Below, piece after piece: positions 23,491 through 31,874 of a DNA stretch of 32,000 bases (its first letter is position 1; each line of letters starts with the position of its first letter). This DNA is from Candidatus Nealsonbacteria bacterium (lineage in GTDB: Bacteria; Patescibacteriota; Minisyncoccia; Minisyncoccales; MHMH01). The translations under genes and the position numbers were made by a program. The DNA is taken from assembly GCA_043813805.1 (NCBI GenBank), contig JBDRKR010000018.1, positions 3,289 to 35,288 of the forward strand. Reading direction: 5' to 3'. The notes beneath the pieces are model-generated. The model was not told the origin of the DNA and ran no database searches. It saw only the letters and a list, made by a program, of their open reading frames with translations.

Positions 23491-24791
23491 TTTTTCTTTG
23501 TTTTTAACTTATTATCAATCCTTTCCATGTCTCTGGGGAAAGGCGAAGCCTCTCTGATATTTTTCAAGTTTAAAATCTGTTTGATGATTCTTTCGAGCCC
23601 GAACGCAAACCCGCCTTCGGGCGGCATGCCGTATTTGAAGGCCTGCAGGTAGAAAGAAAAAGTGTCGGTTTTATTGCCCCACTTTTTGATATTTTGCACT
23701 AATTTGTCGTATTCGTTGATTCTCTGTCCGCCCGTGATGATTTCCAGTCCCCTGCATAAAACATCAAAGCTTAAAGTATAATCAGGGTCGGCCGGATCTT
23801 CAAGAGTGTAAAAAGGCCTTTTTAGGGTCGGGTAATGCGTGATGAAAATTACGTCCGAACCGTATTTCTCCTTGGCCCAAAGGCAGATTTCCTGCTCGTC
23901 TTCGGGTGACAGATCGGGTTCTTTAAGATTGTTGCGGTCTGTTCTTTCGAGAATGATTTTTTGGGCCTCCCGCATTTTAATTCTGGGAATTTCGCGGCCA
24001 AGTTCAGGAACATCAACCGTAAGCTGTTTTAAATCAGCGAACATATTTCTGATGATGGTTTCGCAAGTTTCCATCAAATCCTGCCAAGAATCAATAAAGG
24101 CCATTTCCGCGTCCAAGCTCGTAAACTCGGCGATGTGGCGCGTGGTTACCGAGGGTTCTGCTCTGTAAACGTGGGCAACCGTGAAAACTCTTTCAAAGGC
24201 TCCCAGCATGATTTGTTTGTAGATTTGTGGGCTTTGGGCTAAATACGCGTCATATTTGTAGTAATCGAGATGAAAAACATCCGCTCCTCCCTCAGCCACC
24301 ACCGGTACGATGTTGGGAGACTGGAATTCGGTGAAGTCCAGAGATTTCAACGTTTTTCTGAAACTTTCTACAATATTTTCCCCCACTTTGAAAATATTTT
24401 TAATCTCGGGGTTTCTGATCATTAAAGGACGATAATCCAAGAGAGTCGGCAGATTAAGGTTCAGGTCTTTTTCCATGAGGTCAAAAGGCAGCGAAGCGGA
24501 TTTAGCTAAAATTTTGACTTCTTTTGCCTGCAATTCGACTTCTCCTGTCGCCATATCTTTATTGCCGGTTTGGCCCGGACGTTTTTTAACAAGACCCGCT
24601 ATTTCCAGAACATATTCTTCCTTGATCCCCTCGATCAGGGCCGGCGGGCAGACTACCTGTAAAACGCCGGTCCTGTCCCGCAGATCAATAAAAACAATCT
24701 TGCCGTGGTCGCGTCTCGTATTGACCCAACCCGCAATCCGGACCTCTTGGTCTAAATATTGAGGCGTTTCTTTGTTTAAAATTCTTTTCAT
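23487..24791 (-). CDS. aspS: Aspartate--tRNA ligase, short archaeal/type-2 form (possibly non-discriminating)
   Basis: OB-fold N-terminus VRIAGWVNTRRDHGKIVFIDLRDRTG. Class II motifs QSPQIYKQ, YRAEPSVTTRHIAEFTSLDAEMAF, GGFAFGLERI. Length is 434 aa. Confidence 0.88.
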   Translation of the reverse strand: MKRILNKETPQYLDQEVRIAGWVNTRRDHGKIVFIDLRDRTGVLQVVCPPALIEGIKEEYVLEIAGLVKKRPGQTGNKDMATGEVELQAKEVKILAKSASLPFDLMEKDLNLNLPTLLDYRPLMIRNPEIKNIFKVGENIVESFRKTLKSLDFTEFQSPNIVPVVAEGGADVFHLDYYKYDAYLAQSPQIYKQIMLGAFERVFTVAHVYRAEPSVTTRHIAEFTSLDAEMAFIDSWQDLMETCETIIRNMFADLKQLTVDVPELGREIPRIKMREAQKIILERTDRNNLKEPDLSPEDEQEICLWAKEKYGSDVIFITHYPTLKRPFYTLEDPADPDYTLSFDVLCRGLEIITGGQRINEYDKLVQNIKKWGNKTDTFSFYLQAFKYGMPPEGGFAFGLERIIKQILNLKNIREASPFPRDMERIDNKLKTKKK

Positions 24792-25972
24792 TTTATTGCT
24801 TGCCCTGAGCCGCGTCGAAGGGGCAATTCGATATAAAACGTCGATCCTTTATCTTTTCCTTCGCTTTCCACCCGGATGCGCCCTTCGTGCATCTCGACGA
24901 ATTTTTTAGCCACATGCAGGCCGACGCCCGCTCCATTGGTATAGAGTTTCGAGCCGGAAGCTGCTCGGGAGAACATTTGGAAAAGATTTTTCATTTCGTC
25001 TTCGGTGATGCCGACACCCGTGTCGGAAATAATGATCCGTTCCAGGGTTTCGGTTTTTTCCAATCGGATGGTAACGCCGCCGTCTGTGGTATATTTTATA
25101 GCATTATCAATAATATTCAAGATGATTTGCCGGATTTTCGATTGGTCAGCCATGATTTGGGGCAGCGCTTTCTCGGGTTTCATCAGTTTTAAATATAAGC
25201 CATTTTTATCGGCATTGATTTTGAGTTCGCTGATAATTTCGGAAACAATTTTTTCCAAAGAAACGAGGACCGGGCTGAATGCTATTTTACCCGCTTCAAG
25301 TTTCGTCAGGTCTAAAAGATCATTGACCAAGTTTATCAGTTTCTCGTTGCTTTCATAGACATTTTGGAGCGGTTTTTTTAATCTTGGGAACAGTTTTCCG
25401 TAAGCGCCCTCAATCATCATGGAAAGATATCCCTTCACCGCCGTTAAGGGCGTGCGTAATTGGTGAGAAGCTATAGAAATGAATTCAGACTTAGTCTCAT
25501 CCAACTTTTTTAATTTCCCATAAGCATTTTTCAGTTCTTTGGTTCTTTGTTCAACTTTGCTTTCAAGCCCTTTAGTCAATTCTTCCAAGGCTTCTTTAGC
25601 TTTTTTTTGGGCAAAAACAGCCTCAATGATTTTTTCCGTGCTCTTATTAAAAAAGTAGCCATAAACGATGACCAAAGTGAAAGCAGAGATAATTATCAAC
25701 GTTGAAACCTCCCCTTCAATTAAAAAAGAGACGGTAAAGAGAGCAGCTATTAAAACTAAGCTGATTGTTTGATAATGCAAAAACAGGCAATTGCGGAATT
25801 TAAATTCACAATACTGGCAACGCCTATAGGGAGCGTAACTGAGGTTTTTAACCAGCCAGCAATTTCCGTTAATATATTCAGGCTTTCCTATTTCCGAGCG
25901 GAATGAGGAATCAAGGTTCTGCCGAGGAGAGGTAGGCACGGTTCTTATTGTTTTTTCTTTGAAATTATTCAC
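24788..25972 (-). CDS. Sensor histidine kinase with N-terminal Cys-rich segment
   Basis: H-box FISIASHQLRTPLTAVKGY, N-box IIDNAIKYT, G-boxes DTGVGI and GAGVGL. CX13CX2CX6C (C38-C62) precedes two TM helices. Confidence 0.9.
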   Translation of the reverse strand: MNNFKEKTIRTVPTSPRQNLDSSFRSEIGKPEYINGNCWLVKNLSYAPYRRCQYCEFKFRNCLFLHYQTISLVLIAALFTVSFLIEGEVSTLIIISAFTLVIVYGYFFNKSTEKIIEAVFAQKKAKEALEELTKGLESKVEQRTKELKNAYGKLKKLDETKSEFISIASHQLRTPLTAVKGYLSMMIEGAYGKLFPRLKKPLQNVYESNEKLINLVNDLLDLTKLEAGKIAFSPVLVSLEKIVSEIISELKINADKNGLYLKLMKPEKALPQIMADQSKIRQIILNIIDNAIKYTTDGGVTIRLEKTETLERIIISDTGVGITEDEMKNLFQMFSRAASGSKLYTNGAGVGLHVAKKFVEMHEGRIRVESEGKDKGSTFYIELPLRRGSGQAIK

Positions 25973-25985
25973 TTTTTTCCGTCGC

Positions 25986-26411
25986 TTACTTCTTAAAAAT
26001 TTTTTTGAAAAAGACGTACATCAGAGTAGCCACGCAAAAACCGACAAAACAAGCCAAAAATATCAACAAAACCATTATTAAAATAAAAATCCAGGCAAAA
26101 TCAACAAACTTGCCGAAATAAATGAATAAAAAACCTAAAAAGAGTAGTCCCCCTGTCATACCGGAGACAAAGTTTAATTCTCCCGATTCTTTTCGAATCG
26201 GTTTTAATCTTTCTTTCAGCAGCTTTCTTAAAACTAAGGCATGAAATTGATAAGGGATATTAAGCTTCACGGAAAAAATTCCCAAAATCATCAAAAGGCT
26301 AACCGCCAAAACCAGCCAGTGACTATGAATTAAAAAAGCAATCAGAGTTAAGGTTCCGTAAGTGGCTCTGGAAAATCTCAAAGAGCTGTCGTAAATTTGG
26401 CATTGTTGCAT
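25986..26411 (-). CDS. Hypothetical 4-TM membrane protein (possibly DUF4395-like)
   Basis: Four hydrophobic segments. The family assignment is only an impression from the N-terminal SRATYGTLTLIAFLI region. Confidence 0.55.
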   Translation of the reverse strand: MQQCQIYDSSLRFSRATYGTLTLIAFLIHSHWLVLAVSLLMILGIFSVKLNIPYQFHALVLRKLLKERLKPIRKESGELNFVSGMTGGLLFLGFLFIYFGKFVDFAWIFILIMVLLIFLACFVGFCVATLMYVFFKKIFKK

Positions 26412-26415
26412 ATTT

Positions 26416-26850
26416 TTATGTTTTATTTTTATTTATCTTTGTTTCGTACGTGGTAGCGTCTAAATTTATTCGATTTGTAAGTTTCCAAAGACTATTTGCG
26501 CGTGTGGGCGAGAAGATTTCTCTTAAATCGGTTTTATCAATAAAATAGAGGTCAGCGTTTTTGATATCTTCCGGTTTCTGATCGGATACGACCCTTATTA
26601 ATAAAGAGATAATTCCCCTTATCATTAAAGATCCGCTGTCGATATCATAGAAGACCCGTCCGTCTTTAAATGCGGAATGAAACCAGGTTTTTACCTGGCA
26701 TCCCTTGATGAGGTTGTCTTCTGTTTTGTATCCCGGATCAATCGGAGGCATTTTTTTCCCCAACTCAATCAGATAATTGTATTTATCCATCCAATTGTCC
26801 AAAATTTTGAATTCGCTGATAATTTCTTCCTGTGTTTCTTGTATGGTCAT
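26416..26850 (-). CDS. sufE: SufE/CsdE-type cysteine desulfuration (sulfur acceptor) protein
   Basis: WMDKYNYLIELGKKMP and the KGCQVKTWF active-site Cys context. ATG 26850 (MTIQETQEEII) aligns with SufE N-termini. The track start at 26880 overlaps sufS by 23 nt. Confidence 0.85.
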   Translation of the reverse strand: MTIQETQEEIISEFKILDNWMDKYNYLIELGKKMPPIDPGYKTEDNLIKGCQVKTWFHSAFKDGRVFYDIDSGSLMIRGIISLLIRVVSDQKPEDIKNADLYFIDKTDLREIFSPTRANSLWKLTNRINLDATTYETKINKNKT

Positions 26851-26857
26851 GTATTTC

Positions 26858-28081
26858 TTATTCAAACATTTTTTGAACATTTTTCAGCGCTTCACAGAAG
26901 TAATCTATTTCCTCAAAGGTATTGTAAAAAGCCAAAGACGCTCTGATGGTACCTTCAATTTTATAGTGTTCCCAGAGAGGATGAGTGCAATGATGTCCGA
27001 CGCGCACGGCAATGCCCATTCTGTCTAAGATCATTCCGGCATCATATGAATGAACATTGTTTAATAAAAAAGAGAAAATACAAATTTTGTTTTCCGCCGT
27101 GCCGTACAGCTTCAGTCCGTTTAAAGCCGTGAGTCCGGCTGTTGCATGGTCCAGCAGTTCTTTTTCATAATTTTGTATATTATTTAATCCTATACCCGCC
27201 AGGTAATCCAGGGCTACGCCCAATCCGACGGCGCCAATGTAATTAGGAGTGCCAGCTTCAAATTTAAAAGGTAGGTCATTATAGGTGGTATGTTCAAACT
27301 TCACCCGCTCAATCATGTCTCCCCCGCCCTGGTACGGGGGCATTTCAGACAACCAGCGTTCTTTTCCGTATAAAACCCCTATTCCCATCGGTCCATATAC
27401 TTTATGCCCTGAAAAAGCATAAAAGTCGCAATCCATATCCTGAACATCAATATTTCCGTGTTGAATCGCCTGAGCTCCGTCTATCAGGACGGGAATGTTG
27501 TTTTCGTGCGCAATGGTTATGATTTCTTTGACGGGATTTATGGTGCCAAGGGAATTTGAGATGTGATTAACGGCCACAAGTTTTGTTTTGGAATTGATTA
27601 ATTTTTTATATTCATCCAGCAATAATTCACCCCTATCATTAATGGGAATCACTTTCAGTTTTGCGTCTTTCCGTTTGCACATTATCTGCCAGGGAACAAT
27701 ATTGGAATGATGCTCCATCTCAGATACGATAATCTCATCGTTCTCTTTGACATACGCTTCTCCAAAAGAATAGGCCGCCGCATTAATGGAAGCCGTGGCC
27801 CCGTAAGTAAAAATTATTTCTTTATTGGAGCGAGCATTCAAATAATCTTGAACCTTTTTTCTGGCCAATTCATACCTTTCAGTCATTTGTTCGCTTAAAT
27901 AATGAATCCCCCGGTGGACATTGCTATTTTGTTCAGAAAGTAATTTATTCGTGGCATCTATAACAATTTTGGGCTTCTGGGTGGTGGCCGCATTATCGAA
28001 ATACACAAGGGGTTTCCCGTAAATCTTCTGATCAAGTATCGGAAAATCCTTCCTTATTTTTGTTACGTCAAATTTGTACAT
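26858..28081 (-). CDS. sufS: Cysteine desulfurase, SufS type (class V aminotransferase)
   Basis: PLP-Lys context FSGHKVYGPMGIGVLYG, catalytic Cys context RVGHHCTHPL, FDNAATTQKP N-terminus. Confidence 0.93.
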   Translation of the reverse strand: MYKFDVTKIRKDFPILDQKIYGKPLVYFDNAATTQKPKIVIDATNKLLSEQNSNVHRGIHYLSEQMTERYELARKKVQDYLNARSNKEIIFTYGATASINAAAYSFGEAYVKENDEIIVSEMEHHSNIVPWQIMCKRKDAKLKVIPINDRGELLLDEYKKLINSKTKLVAVNHISNSLGTINPVKEIITIAHENNIPVLIDGAQAIQHGNIDVQDMDCDFYAFSGHKVYGPMGIGVLYGKERWLSEMPPYQGGGDMIERVKFEHTTYNDLPFKFEAGTPNYIGAVGLGVALDYLAGIGLNNIQNYEKELLDHATAGLTALNGLKLYGTAENKICIFSFLLNNVHSYDAGMILDRMGIAVRVGHHCTHPLWEHYKIEGTIRASLAFYNTFEEIDYFCEALKNVQKMFE

Positions 28082-28103
28082 TTTATAATTTTTGCCTCCT
28101 CAA

Positions 28104-28127
28104 TTTTAAAAGCTGAATTTCTTCAGC
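28104..28127 (-). terminator. Weak terminator-like hairpin after the receiver gene
   Basis: Minus strand GCTGAA-GAAA-TTCAGC followed by TTTTAAAATT. The stem is only 6 bp. Confidence 0.35.
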
Positions 28128-28142
28128 AGATATTTTATTATT

Positions 28143-28517
28143 TTACACGATGGAAGCTAAGATTTTTTTAACCTCCAGAACCACTTCGCTCGGCGTATAA
28201 TGAGCCTTGATCAGGTATTTCAACGCGCCGAATTTCAAGCCCTTTTCCACCTCGTCTTTTTGATAAAGATTGGAAAGGATAACTACGGGCAAGTTTTTCA
28301 AATCTTCAGATTGCCTGATCGCCCGGAGAATTTCCCAGCCGTTCATTGTCGGCAAAACAATATCTAAAAGCAAAAGGTTGGGTTTTTGACTCCTGGCTTT
28401 TTCTAAGACTTTATCGCCCTCGCTCACCACCTCCACTTCAAAATCGGCCTGTTTAAGTTTGGTGGTATAAATATCGATGATAAACGGATCGTCTTCGGCT
28501 AATAAGATTTTTTTCAT
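28143..28517 (-). CDS. Stand-alone response regulator receiver domain (CheY-like)
   Basis: MKKILLAEDDPFI, LLLLDIVLPTMNGWEIL (phospho-Asp context), and a conserved K in LKYLIKA. No output domain. Confidence 0.9.
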   Translation of the reverse strand: MKKILLAEDDPFIIDIYTTKLKQADFEVEVVSEGDKVLEKARSQKPNLLLLDIVLPTMNGWEILRAIRQSEDLKNLPVVILSNLYQKDEVEKGLKFGALKYLIKAHYTPSEVVLEVKKILASIV

Positions 28518-28553
28518 ATGGTTTTTTTATTATAACCCTAATTTTCAGTCAAG

Positions 28554-29009
28554 TCAAAAAGTTGTAAGTTCTCCCATTACCTGAATTTGAACCTTTCTCG
28601 GTCTTGATTTGTCGAGTTCCGCCAGAAAAATTCTTTGCCACTGTCCCAACTGCATTTTACCATCAATGACGTTTAAAACTAAATTGGAAGGAAAGTGCAG
28701 GGCTTTGCAGTGGGAATGTCCGTTTTGGCATTCGCCGGCGCACATATTAACGGTTCTTTTGGTAAAATCGTCGTGATTATAGTTAGCTCCTTTGGGAGAA
28801 ATTTGAGACAGGTGTTGTTTAAAGTCTTCCAGCAGCAGCGGTTCATTTTCATTTAAAAATAAAAGAGCGGTTGTGTGCATTGTCTGGATGTTCACGAAAC
28901 CATTTTTAATTTCGGTGGTGCGGACAAACTTTTCCACCTCATCGGTAAAATCAATGAAGTCAAATTCGTCTTTAGTTTGGAATGCCAGCGTTTTGTGAGA
29001 AATTTGCAT
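28554..29009 (-). CDS. yjbQ: YjbQ/UPF0047 family protein (secondary thiamine-phosphate synthase-like)
   Basis: FVNIQTMHTTALLFLNENEP, NGHSHCKA, GKMQLGQWQRIFLAELD. MQISHKTLAFQT (ATG 29009) aligns with family N-termini. The upstream ATG 29039 lies in a hairpin loop. Confidence 0.8.
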   Translation of the reverse strand: MQISHKTLAFQTKDEFDFIDFTDEVEKFVRTTEIKNGFVNIQTMHTTALLFLNENEPLLLEDFKQHLSQISPKGANYNHDDFTKRTVNMCAGECQNGHSHCKALHFPSNLVLNVIDGKMQLGQWQRIFLAELDKSRPRKVQIQVMGELTTF

Positions 29010-29018
29010 ACTGTTTCT

Positions 29019-29047
29019 ATTATACAAAAGGGTTGTCATTGTGACAA
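29019..29047 (-). promoter_or_regulatory. Near-consensus promoter for yjbQ, embedded in the plsY terminator
   Basis: Minus strand TTGTCA (29047-29042), 17-nt spacer, TATAAT (29024-29019). ATG 29009 lies 9 nt after the -10 box. Confidence 0.5.
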
Positions 29048-29054
29048 CCCTTTT
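29026..29054 (-). terminator. Intrinsic terminator after plsY
   Basis: 13-bp perfect stem AAAAGGGTTGTCA / TGACAACCCTTTT with a 3-nt loop. On the minus strand it ends in UUUU followed by GUAUAAU. Confidence 0.65.
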
Positions 29055-29059
29055 AATAA

Positions 29060-29746
29060 TTATGGCTTATTTTTTTTGAACATTTCGCCGAGTTTCAGTA
29101 TCGATTTCCATAAATCCGCCCAGCTGTTTTTACTTTCTTTGCCCCGCCGCCATCTTGCGAAGTTTTGCCGATGAGCAAGAGAGGTAAGTCCTATCGCGAA
29201 AACGACAAACCCCAGAAATGGCCAGGAAAAATCAAACAGCAGGCCGGTAAGAAGCAGGGTGCTTACTGCAGCGATATTACAGAGAAACTTGACTCCATGG
29301 CTTAAGTGGAACATTACGAGCCATGCTGCTATGCCAAGAGCATAAGCGAGTCCCGGGACTAAAGACATCAATCCGCCGATTAATATGGCGATGCCGGCTC
29401 CGCCCGTTTTAAATTTAGTTAGAGCGGGAAAAATGTGGCCTAGGAGCACGGCGGCAAAGCATGCATATAAAATCCAAGCATAGGTATGAAAAACCATACC
29501 GAAGATTATCTGCATGGCGAATATCCAGAATGTACCTTTGATTCCGGCGTCTATCAGAAAAACCACTGCGCCGAGCATTCGGTCGCCCGTTGTCCGTATA
29601 ACATTGGTGGTCCCGCCCTTGCCGCTGCCGGTATTTTCGACTTCAACATCGTTGAAGAATTTGGCCATCGAACGGCCAACTGGCCAAGAACCTATGAAAT
29701 AAGAAATAAAGATAAAAATATATCCGAGGGACAACGCTATATTCAT
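29060..29746 (-). CDS. plsY: Glycerol-3-phosphate acyltransferase PlsY family
   Basis: GSGKGGTTNVIRTTG (cf. GSGNxGxTN), FLIDAGIKG, C-terminal HRQNFARWRRGKE. AAGGAGG Shine-Dalgarno motif upstream of the ATG. Confidence 0.8.
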   Translation of the reverse strand: MNIALSLGYIFIFISYFIGSWPVGRSMAKFFNDVEVENTGSGKGGTTNVIRTTGDRMLGAVVFLIDAGIKGTFWIFAMQIIFGMVFHTYAWILYACFAAVLLGHIFPALTKFKTGGAGIAILIGGLMSLVPGLAYALGIAAWLVMFHLSHGVKFLCNIAAVSTLLLTGLLFDFSWPFLGFVVFAIGLTSLAHRQNFARWRRGKESKNSWADLWKSILKLGEMFKKNKP

Positions 29747-29792
29747 ACTTTGCCTCCTTTTGTAATGTGCTAAATCGATGTTAATACAAAAC

Positions 29793-29812
29793 CCGCCCTA
29801 AAGCAAGGGCGG
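29793..29812. terminator. Hairpin terminator after the Pro-rich ORF
   Basis: CCGCCCT-AAAGCA-AGGGCGG. It is followed on the minus strand by GTTTTGTATT and on the plus strand by ATGTTTTTT. Confidence 0.6.
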
Positions 29813-29819
29813 ATGTTTT

Positions 29820-30095
29820 TTAAAATCGAGGCGGTATAGGAGGTATGGGCGGAGGCACGGGAGGAACCGGAGGTTTGGGCGGAATCGGGGGCGGTATAGG
29901 TGGCGTAGGCGGCGCAGCAGGAGGTGCGGACGGTTTGGGAGGCAGAGCGGGCGCTATCGAGGGCGCGGGAGATCGGACGGGCAATCCCGGTTTCTCTATT
30001 TTTTGCGGCAGAAGATTTTTCTTTTTTCTGAAAGCAAAAAGATAGACGGCCACCCCGATTAATACGGTTAAGACGAATAGTAAAAAAAGTGTCAT
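29820..30095 (-). CDS. Membrane-anchored proline-rich small protein
   Basis: N-terminal TM helix LFLLFVLTVLIGVAVYLFAF, then about 60 aa of PPxP repeats. It has its own terminator. The mirror Gly-rich + ORF is less plausible. Confidence 0.55.
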   Translation of the reverse strand: MTLFLLFVLTVLIGVAVYLFAFRKKKNLLPQKIEKPGLPVRSPAPSIAPALPPKPSAPPAAPPTPPIPPPIPPKPPVPPVPPPIPPIPPRF

Positions 30096-30124
30096 ATTAA
30101 TTTTCTATTTTTATTATCCCTTTA

Positions 30125-31336
30125 TCACAATTCTTTGTCAATCAGGTAGATATCGCCCGCTCCCATAATAATAACCACTTCCCCGCTTTTAACCTCTTTC
30201 TTGAGATACGCGACGATTTTATTTTTTGGCAGATAAGACACGCTGTTTTTATTTATCGCTTTTACCAGTTTTTGAGAATCAACTTTTTGCCGGATTTCGC
30301 TACTTTCCCGGCCGGCTACATCAAAAATATCCGTGATGATTAAACGGTCAATCGGAGCTTTTTTGAAGACCTTAACAAAATCATTGAATAAAAAATAAGT
30401 TCTTTCGTATTGATGCGGTTGGTAAACGCACCAGATTTTTTTATTAGGATATTTTTCCCTGCCGGCTTTCAGGGCGGCCAATGCTTTCTGGGGATTGTGG
30501 CCGTAATCGGAAATAAGAATAAAGGGCTTCTGTTTGATAATTTCAAACCGGCGCCAAGCTCCTTTATATCCGGCTAAAGCTGTCAAAGAAATTTTATCGG
30601 GAATTTTCAGAGCACGGGCGGTGGCTAGGGCCACCAAGGCATCATAAACGTTGTGATTGCCCGGCACCCCGAGGATTTTTCTGACCTCAAGGAAGTCTTT
30701 TTTATCGGTTGACTTTCCGGTGATTAAAATTCCGTCTTTGGGTAAGTGTCCGATAAATTTATTGAAAGCCTTTTTGATGTTTTTCAGATTTTTATAAAAG
30801 TCCAAGTGATCGGCCTCGATATTGGTGATGGCCAAAATTTGAGGCCAGTAGTTTAAAAATGAAGCAAAGTGCTCGTCAGCTTCGATTAAAAGATATCGGC
30901 TCTTCCCTATTCTGAAATTGGTATTGTTGAATTCTTTTAATTTTGTGCCGATGATAACCGTGGGGTCAAGCCCCGCCTTGATTAAAATTAAGGCGAGCAT
31001 GGCGGTTGTGGTGGTTTTGCCGTGCGTACCCGAAACGGCGATCGTAAAGTATTCTTTGGTCAGTTGCCCCAAAGCTTCCGGATAACTTAAGGTTGGAATT
31101 TTTGTTTTTGCGATCTTAACCGCCGGGCTGTAAATAATCAGATCGGCATTTTTCGGAATAATATTTTTCCCGATGGATATTTTTGCCCCGTCTTTTTTTA
31201 AGGATTCGGTAATTTCAGAAGATGTAAAATCAGAGCCGGTAACCATGTGCCCCCGGGCCAGATAATATCGGGCAAGAGCGGAAACTCCGATTCCGCCGAT
31301 GCCTATAAAATGAATTATTTTTTTTGTAGCGGGCAT
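30125..31336 (-). CDS. murC: UDP-N-acetylmuramate--L-alanine ligase
   Basis: IHFIGIGGIGVSALARYYLARGHMVTGSD, P-loop VSGTHGKTTTTAML, C-terminal IIMGAGDI. At 403 aa it is short for MurC. Mpl cannot be excluded. Confidence 0.85.
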   Translation of the reverse strand: MPATKKIIHFIGIGGIGVSALARYYLARGHMVTGSDFTSSEITESLKKDGAKISIGKNIIPKNADLIIYSPAVKIAKTKIPTLSYPEALGQLTKEYFTIAVSGTHGKTTTTAMLALILIKAGLDPTVIIGTKLKEFNNTNFRIGKSRYLLIEADEHFASFLNYWPQILAITNIEADHLDFYKNLKNIKKAFNKFIGHLPKDGILITGKSTDKKDFLEVRKILGVPGNHNVYDALVALATARALKIPDKISLTALAGYKGAWRRFEIIKQKPFILISDYGHNPQKALAALKAGREKYPNKKIWCVYQPHQYERTYFLFNDFVKVFKKAPIDRLIITDIFDVAGRESSEIRQKVDSQKLVKAINKNSVSYLPKNKIVAYLKKEVKSGEVVIIMGAGDIYLIDKEL

Positions 31337-31830
31337 GATTCTAAAATAGTATAATTCGGTCCGGCTTTTTTTAACCGGCTTTCCATCACCTCAAGGGAGT
31401 TTATTTCAAATCCCAAACCGATTTCACGTAAGACCTCCGGTCTTTCTTCCGGTTCGATTCCTCGCCACTCCCACATTTTGATTCTGCCCAAAGTGATGTG
31501 CGGAGTTAAATTTAATTCAGGGATTTTTTCGCCGGTAATCCAAATCATGCGAGGCGGTATTTTCTTGGGCGGGCCGTAGCTTATTTTATCAAGAGTGACC
31601 ATGAACGGTTTATGCTTCTTGGCGAATTCCTCGGTATCTTGGCAGACTTTCATAACTTCATCATCCGAAAGGTTTCCCAAAAATTCCAAAGTGATGTGCA
31701 GGCTCTCTTTCTTCGTCCACCTGATCGGCGAAGGCGGCTGAAAAAGCCCCTCAATCTTTTTTTGATAGTTGGCTAATTGATTTTTGACATCTTCCGGCAG
31801 GTTGATGGCGATAAAAATCCGATGCATCAT
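31315..31830 (-). CDS. thpR: RNA 2',3'-cyclic phosphodiesterase (2H phosphoesterase, ThpR/LigT family)
   Basis: Two HxTx motifs (HITLEFLG, HITLGRI). MMHRIFIAINLP aligns with family N-termini. The track start at 31848 overlaps a TGtGATAAT extended -10 box. Confidence 0.85.
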   Translation of the reverse strand: MMHRIFIAINLPEDVKNQLANYQKKIEGLFQPPSPIRWTKKESLHITLEFLGNLSDDEVMKVCQDTEEFAKKHKPFMVTLDKISYGPPKKIPPRMIWITGEKIPELNLTPHITLGRIKMWEWRGIEPEERPEVLREIGLGFEINSLEVMESRLKKAGPNYTILESCPLQKK

Positions 31831-31834
31831 GTTT

Positions 31835-31863
31835 TTGAATATTATCACAAATTAGGTTAAAAT
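31835..31863 (+). promoter_or_regulatory. Promoter for the rightward radical SAM gene (overlaps the divergent thpR promoter)
   Basis: TTGAAT (31835-31840), 17-nt spacer, TAAAAT (31858-31863). The ATG lies 11 nt downstream and there is no Shine-Dalgarno motif. Confidence 0.45.
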
Positions 31864-31874
31864 TAAATAAACTT

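Noticed and set aside
29845-30045. Gly-rich 66-aa ORF on the + strand (GGGTGGTGGLGGIGGG...)
   Set aside because: It is the mirror image of the Pro-rich minus-strand ORF. That ORF has a TM helix, matches the local gene orientation and has a downstream terminator, so only one of the two is likely real.
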